The notes under the pieces are model-generated. The model was not told the DNA's origin and searched no databases. It was given only the letters and a program-made list of their open reading frames with translations. Of a DNA stretch of 64,000 nucleotides, positions 58,255 to 64,000 are shown piece by piece. Source of the stretch: Amphiscolops sp. MND2022 (lineage: Eukaryota); the NCBI GenBank assembly GCA_964187785.1, contig OZ076412.1, positions 46,686,001-46,750,000 of the forward strand, given 5' to 3'. Each line of letters starts with the position of its first letter. Position 1 is the stretch's first letter. The position numbers and the translations under genes were made by a program.

Positions 58255-59199
58255 GTTCGAAGAAAAGGCCTCGGGCTTGATTCTTCTTTAATTATCCTCA
58301 AACCTTCTGAATAAACTTAAAATTTTAACCTGATGGTAGCAAAGGTTATAAAATTGAAATTAGTTTTGGTTTTTTCAGTTTTGATCACAAGGCATTTTTT
58401 GGCGTATACGCTCCGTATATCGATGGCAGCTCAAATTGGTTAGGTTTTGAACGGACAGAGGCCTAAAAAAACTTATCAAAATCCGTAACTGTCTCCACTG
58501 CTGGATTCCATTGAAAAGAGAGATATTTATCTGTTATTCTTATCTCCCATGAATCTGTACACCTTTTTCCGTAAACCTTTCAGGATTTTTGAGAATTTGA
58601 ATTTCATGAATGGATCATGCATGGAACTTGCATGGAACATGTAATTCCATGCTAATAAGAGAATGCCCATATACATAGACCATGCATGGAATTCGCATTG
58701 ACCATGCATGGATCATACATGGAAGCATGACTGATCAACAAAGGTACTTCTTCTTTGGTAGTGAGTGGTATCTTAAGGCCGGATGTTACAAAAAATAAGT
58801 TTACAAAAACCTTAACAGTTTGCACTCGGTCGTGTCCCATGGGTCCGATTTTGACTTTATTTTGACATTCGAGGGTGGTTACGACATCGTGTCAATCACA
58901 ATCAACTGATTGTCTTCATGACAACGTAGTACCTGTACAATACTATTTACGTTGAGACTGAATGCTAATCTAATTACTTGTTTTTTACCCTTTATAGCAT
59001 TCAGAATAGATTGTCAGCAATCTTTCACATTTCAAGTATTTCAGAATTTACCCATTACAACATTGCACAGTCATGAAACCAAGGGAGAACACAAAATCAA
59101 CTGAAAGGACAAGTTCCTAAAAAGGCGAAAGTTTCGGAAAAGGAAACACGAAAAACGAAAAGACGCAAAAAACATCTCGTTGCCCACATTCCGCAAAGG

Positions 59200-60700
59200 C
59201 GGAATCGAGAAAACCAAGTTACGGTGGCAGAGATTCATACAGTATATCAGAATGACCCAATCTACTGATTCAAACGATGTTAGTGACAAAGCGATCTGGA
59301 GCACATTGGATCAATGATTTTTTCATTGGGAGAATCAACTTTAACGGAAACGACAAGAACCGTTAGGGACAACGATCCAAACAAAATGGACAAAAAACTT
59401 ACTTTGTTCGCAGTTCCGCCTACACTTCATACCAAAGCAGACTTCTTCGGGACAACAAGAATATAGAACGACACAGCCGATGACCCAGAGGCACACACAC
59501 TACAAGTGGAATAAAAAGTGGCACGCATGCTACGAGTGGAAATTTGAGAATGTCATATTGCAGAACTGATGGCATCAAAATGTTCATCCCTGATAAGCAG
59601 ATCGACCGGTTAACCAAACTGGACAAGGCAACACGTATGCCACGCAAAATTGGCAGAGTGCAGGAACTTTAAGCGAAAAGGATGTCATGAAAAGTTAAGT
59701 AGATCACTGAAAAGAGTACTTCGAAAAAAGACGTCATCGAGGGACGAAGACAACTTAATTCAAACAATGAGCAGCGACAAAACGAAGAAGGGATTCTACC
59801 TCGCAACACTATTGGTCAAAAACGTGCCAAACAAATTCATTATTGACAGCGGATCATCACTTAAATTACTACCAAACTGTGTTTTTTTCAACAAATATCT
59901 CAATTGGAACCATTTAACACCACTTATGGATGCGCAGGTAATCACGAAATCGAATTCACGGGACAAATAAAAGCATGCGTCAATATACGAAAGTAACAGT
60001 TGACCGGTTGTTAATTATAACAAATGCAAAGACGTCGCCGCTATTTGGATTGAATTGGATGGAATTGCTGGAAATAAATCTGAACATGAAGAACGACACA
60101 ATACAAATCTATAACCTATAGCTGGATATTACGGAGAACAAAATCATCAACCTCCAATAATGATTTCGAAGATCTCCAATAAAGATTTCCAATAATGATC
60201 GCAACAAAGAAATAAAAATATTTAATAAAGGTAAAACTAGAAAAAGGAGCACAAGTTTTACAACAGAAGGGGCTTCCAATCTCAACATACTTTTAGGACC
60301 AAGTGGCAAAGGATTAAAACGCCTAATAGTACGGGCATTTGTGAAAAGCAACCGAAATACAGATTGCTTTGTGAGCCCCACAGTAATAACTATAAACAAA
60401 AATAATTTGGGAAAAATTGCACTCTTCTCAGGTAAATTAAACGAAGTAGCGATAAAAAGAAAAGCACAAACGCCAAACATGGACTTATGCACAAATGCCA
60501 CACAAAGGTGAAATTTTAGCTACAATACTGGATTCTGGCTATGCATTTGGGCAAACAAAACTAAACGATAAGGCAAAAATCTTTCAATATTGAAACCAGA
60601 TCATTTGGCATTTTTTGTTTTCGTACTGTTTTTCCTCAAAAATTTCAGGTGTTTTCAAAAGCATATAAATGGTACGAAATAATTTCTTGTCGCTGAACTC
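59200..60700 (+). mobile_element. Highly decayed internal relic of the same Mag-like family
   Basis: RTVRDNDPNKMD, KFIIDSGSSL, FVSPTVIT and KRKAQTPNM match elements 1 and 2. No LTRs found. Confidence 0.75.
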
Positions 60701-60759
60701 TATACAAATAATGATTTCCCATATCCCCTGTTGTCTCTTCATGTAGTTACATAATCCAG

Positions 60760-60932
60760 GGCCTGCGCGCAAGTACAGACTGATAGACCCACAGAAGGAG
60801 ATGCAGGAAATGAGCGAGACAGACTCTCCTAGATTGCAACTGATGAGGAAGACTATTGAGACCATGACTCAGTACAACATGGAAAACCAGGAAGCTTCCG
60901 GCGCTTCGACAGGGATGCTCAAAATAAATAAT
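60760..60932 (+). CDS. Candidate additional VWA3B-like linker exon
   Basis: GC-richer open frame GPARKYRLIDPQKEMQEMSETDSPRLQLMRKTIETMTQYNMENQEASGASTG. Phase-1 acceptor aatccag is compatible with exon 8; the donor and onward phase are unresolved. Confidence 0.4.
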
Positions 60933-61280
60933 GTATATGACAATAATGTATATATAATTCAATATAGTATATAATAAATAACGTATAGATAAATAACGTA
61001 TATATGAAAGTAAAACTACCTGAATAGACAAATAATAATACCATGCTATCTTCCACACGGGTATGTGCCTTCGCGTAGTTTCTTCAAAAACTTTTGTTTA
61101 TCATTACAGTTTGAGTGTACTGACGGTCGTGGTTCGGACAGAAAATTCGACCATTTAAGAAACACTTTAAATTTAATACTTCTCCCCTTGTGTTTATCTT
61201 AGTCCTGGTTTCACTTTGGTTCCGTGCAGATGAATCATGTCCTGATTTTGCTATAAAAGTTCAACTACAAAACTCATAGT

Positions 61281-62260
61281 AACAAGCCGGGAACGGCCCA
61301 AGTCGGCGCCATATCTAAGTCTAAAAAAAGCAAAAGGACTTCAAGGTGTCAAGTATTCTCTTCTACAGTACCCGCATGAAAAAGAAATTGAAAAAAAATT
61401 GGGACACTTTTTTTCGAATTTTTTTTGGTCTCCGGTAAGTCGCATAGTGCCGAAAAATATAAAAAGGGGCCCTTTAGGAGTTTTTGAACATCCATTCTTT
61501 TCCAAAATAGAAAAAAAAAGAAACAAGGGACCCTTTGGAGACCTAATTAACCTCTATGCCAAGTGCCACTAGAAGTAGTGTGGCAGTTAGTGTTAGTGCA
61601 AGTCAGCTTATAAAGCTTATAAAATCTGTCACTTCGTTGGTCTTAAAAAAAAGAAAAACAAACCGGGAACGGCCCAAGTCGGCGCCATATCTAAGGCTCA
61701 AAAATAGCAAAAGGACTTCAATGTGTAAATTATTCTCTTCTACAGTACCCGTGTGAGGAAAAAATTGAAAATTCCGAATTTTTTTTGAATTTTTTTTCGA
61801 TTTTTTTTGGTCTCCGGCAAGTCGCATAGTGCCGAAAAATGTAAAAGGGGGGCCTTTGGGAGTTTCTGAACATCCATTGTTTTGCAAAATAGGAAAAAAA
61901 ATGAAGGGGACCCTTCGGAGACATTTGAAAAATATGCGGAAAAAAAGTCTCACAGGGTCGAAAAAACGTGCACAAAAAATTTTTGGTCATGGGTGGTACT
62001 CGAACTCACGTCCTTCTGCTTGGCAAACATCAAAAACTGTCCTAATTACCCTCTATGCTAAGTGGCAGTAGAAGTTACAAATGTGGCAGTTAGTGGACGC
62101 AGCTTATAAAGCTTATGAAATCTGTCAGTTCGTTGGTCTTAAAAAAAGAAAAAAGAAGAAAAGTCACTACTGCAGTCTGCGTTTTTCTTCGAAAAACGCC
62201 GACTAAAAAAGAAAAGTCACTGCTATAGTCGGCGTTTTCTACGAAAAGCGCCGACTAAAA
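61281..62260. mobile_element. Two head-to-tail HINE-like copies (61281-61656 partial; 61657-62260 complete)
   Basis: aacaa plus a GCCG-GGAA-CGGC stem-loop at one end; subterminal IR AGTCGGCGC (61677-61685) / GCGCCGACT (62248-62256), the latter inside a 13 bp-stem hairpin (62226-62257). Confidence 0.65.
61984..62066 (-). pseudogene. tRNA-Gly(GCC)-derived segment inside the HINE-like element
   Basis: Minus strand TAGCATAGAGGG (A-box-like)...TGCCAAGCAGAAGGACGTGAGTTCGAGTACCACCCATGACCA resembles the 3' half of tRNA-Gly-GCC and ends in CCA. No intact cloverleaf. Confidence 0.5.
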
Positions 62261-62423
62261 ATAAATTTGTAATTTGTTCTTTTTTGATAAATACGACCCA
62301 ATGCGCGTAATCAGAGGTAAAGCAGAAAATCATGTGTTATATACAAACAAATACTATACACTTTAACTTGTAATGAACGTTTTAACTGGATTACGGTTTT
62401 GAGAATCCCTGTGGCACGAGCAG

Positions 62424-63138
62424 ATAGAACCGCCACTTCGGACGCTGAAATTCCTGGAACTGCTCGGGAAACTTGGCTTTTGGAGGAAACCCAAAGACTT
62501 TTCCAGAACCAGAGGCAAAGACGGAATGAAGCTCTGAAAAGTGCCAGTGAACTATTAAATCAAATTGAAACCTCGCGGAACCAAGATTCGAGAAAAAGTT
62601 TCAGAAAAACATCAGACGGCATGTCATTGAGACAGTGGATTAAAGCAAATGGCTTAGTTACCAAAAGATTGACGATAATAGATGCCTTGTCAAAAACATT
62701 GATAACGCAAAGACCTATGTTTGTTCCTTCGATTGACAAAGTTGTTCTGTCTAGAGTTTTTGACGATATTCTGCCTATATCGTACGCCACCACGCGGCAG
62801 AAAAATGAAATCCATCTAGTCAACCCAGCGGCCGTGGACTTGAAAGCTTATGAGTCACAACTTACCGAAACCATTCAGAGCTATTACGAAAAATTGGATC
62901 GTTGCATATGGGATAGTTTTCCCTCGTCAGAAAGAGAAGGCTACAATAACATAGCGCCCAACTGGGAAACAGATCGATTGGCTATTCTAGAATCTCTTCA
63001 ACGGTGCAACTGGCCTATAAGCAGGGAAGATATTCGTCTTGTTGACGATGAGATTGAATTGGGCAAAAAATTTTTACAGCAATCAATTGATCTCAGGTTA
63101 TGTGGCCAATCATCGATGAATCAACCAGACACGTCTAG
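62424..63138 (+). CDS. VWA3B: VWA3B-like large exon (5' boundary uncertain, 62404-62428)
   Basis: WIKANGLVTKRLTIIDALS...SRVFDDILP...LVNPAAVDLKAY...NWPISREDI matches the recalled VWA3B C-terminal DUF region. Donor ag|gtaagt, phase 2. Confidence 0.85.
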
Positions 63139-63485
63139 GTAAGTTTTTACGTCTTGTTTTTATAGAAGGAAGTTTTCTTTTTTGCCCATCTTTAGGTCAC
63201 TGGAAATAGGAAAAGAAAACTAAAGTTGAAAAAAAACTACTTAATGTTGATTCAGATAATTTTAAACTGCAAAGTCGCGTCAATCCATTCCTATTTGGAA
63301 CGACTTTAGAACATTTCATTTTATTTTGTCATGGGAACAGTGAAATCGTGACTATTATTGTCCATTTTGAAATTCCTTATTTCAAAAATAATTATTTTAT
63401 TTTAAATTATTTTATAAAAATTTTGAATTATTTCATTCAGTTTTTGATGTCAATCAAGATACTATTCTAGGTGATAGTTTTCTAG

Positions 63486-63527
63486 TGTTTTTTAAAGTGT
63501 TACTCGCGAGTAACACTTTAAAAAACA
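63486..63527. repeat. Perfect 42 bp palindrome with no loop
   Basis: tgttttttaaagtgttactcg|cgagtaacactttaaaaaaca, checked base by base. Confidence 0.95.
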
Positions 63528-63714
63528 ATCGCGATTGAACCATTGTAATAAAAATTCTATCAGAGTTGTTTGCAGCAAATTTCGAACTTAAGCACACCAT
63601 TGAAGTCGATCTTTGCTGTAATCAATTTAGATAGAAAATGAAGTAATTAGAATAATCTAATGATTGATTTTTTCGAAGTTTGTTTCTCATTGGGTTGCAA
63701 TATTTCTACTCTAG

Positions 63715-64000
63715 AACTTCATCCCCCAGAAAATCAGCTTGCAGTACCCCCAGGAGAACCAACCGAAGTTCCGAAAAGCCGTCCCCTCGGGTGGGAAAAC
63801 AAGTACCTAGAGCGAAATCTAGCAATGCCCAGAGATCGAAACAGCCAGTGATGCAGGAAGTAACCGCAAAAGTGGAACTTTCCCAAGACGAAATCAATTT
63901 GGTTCATTTCTACCGGCAGAAGATGCGTCAAAACTCTCTCAACGTAAAATCTGTTCCTGGCTTCAGACCTAGCTCCAGTGTGAAGAAAGAACGGAAGGAG
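63715..64000 (+). CDS. VWA3B: VWA3B-like next exon (incomplete; runs off the window)
   Basis: ctactctag| phase 2 matches the 63138 donor. The frame RTSSPRKSACSTPRR...SSVKKERKE stays open to base 64000. Confidence 0.7.

Overview
AT-rich eukaryotic (animal) genomic DNA, rich in transposons and spliceosomal introns; nothing here looks prokaryotic. Two host genes lie on the + strand. The first is the short terminal coding exon of an ODAD2/ARMC4-like gene (320-433, below the ORF-track cutoff). The second is a multi-exon VWA3B-like gene (start ~20736, running off the window end) that I could splice in frame across at least 10 exons. Its intron 2 (22193-47245, ~25 kb) holds two antisense LTR retrotransposons. 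One is a ~6 kb Mag-like Ty3/Gypsy element (22213-28267). The other is a young 14.6 kb Ty3/Gypsy element (31825-46401; GGTGG target-site duplication; 1.67 kb LTRs ~99.3% identical by eye). The large element is the most interesting object. Its gag ORF starts 562 nt inside the LTR. Between pol and the 3' LTR it carries ~4.85 kb of non-env accessory sequence: an apparently intron-containing antisense gene (NLS, partial BED/TTF-like zinc finger, hAT-like C-terminal region) and two small sense ORFs, one with a phospho-SIM-like motif and one Cys/His ORF running through the polypurine tract into U3. The window also has two more decayed Mag-like copies, LINE relics, Helentron-like and CMC-like non-autonomous elements, a 534 bp foldback, a ~1.27 kb x4 tandem array and a perfect 42 bp palindrome. 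All homology calls come from motif recognition and memory, not searches; divergence counts are by eye.
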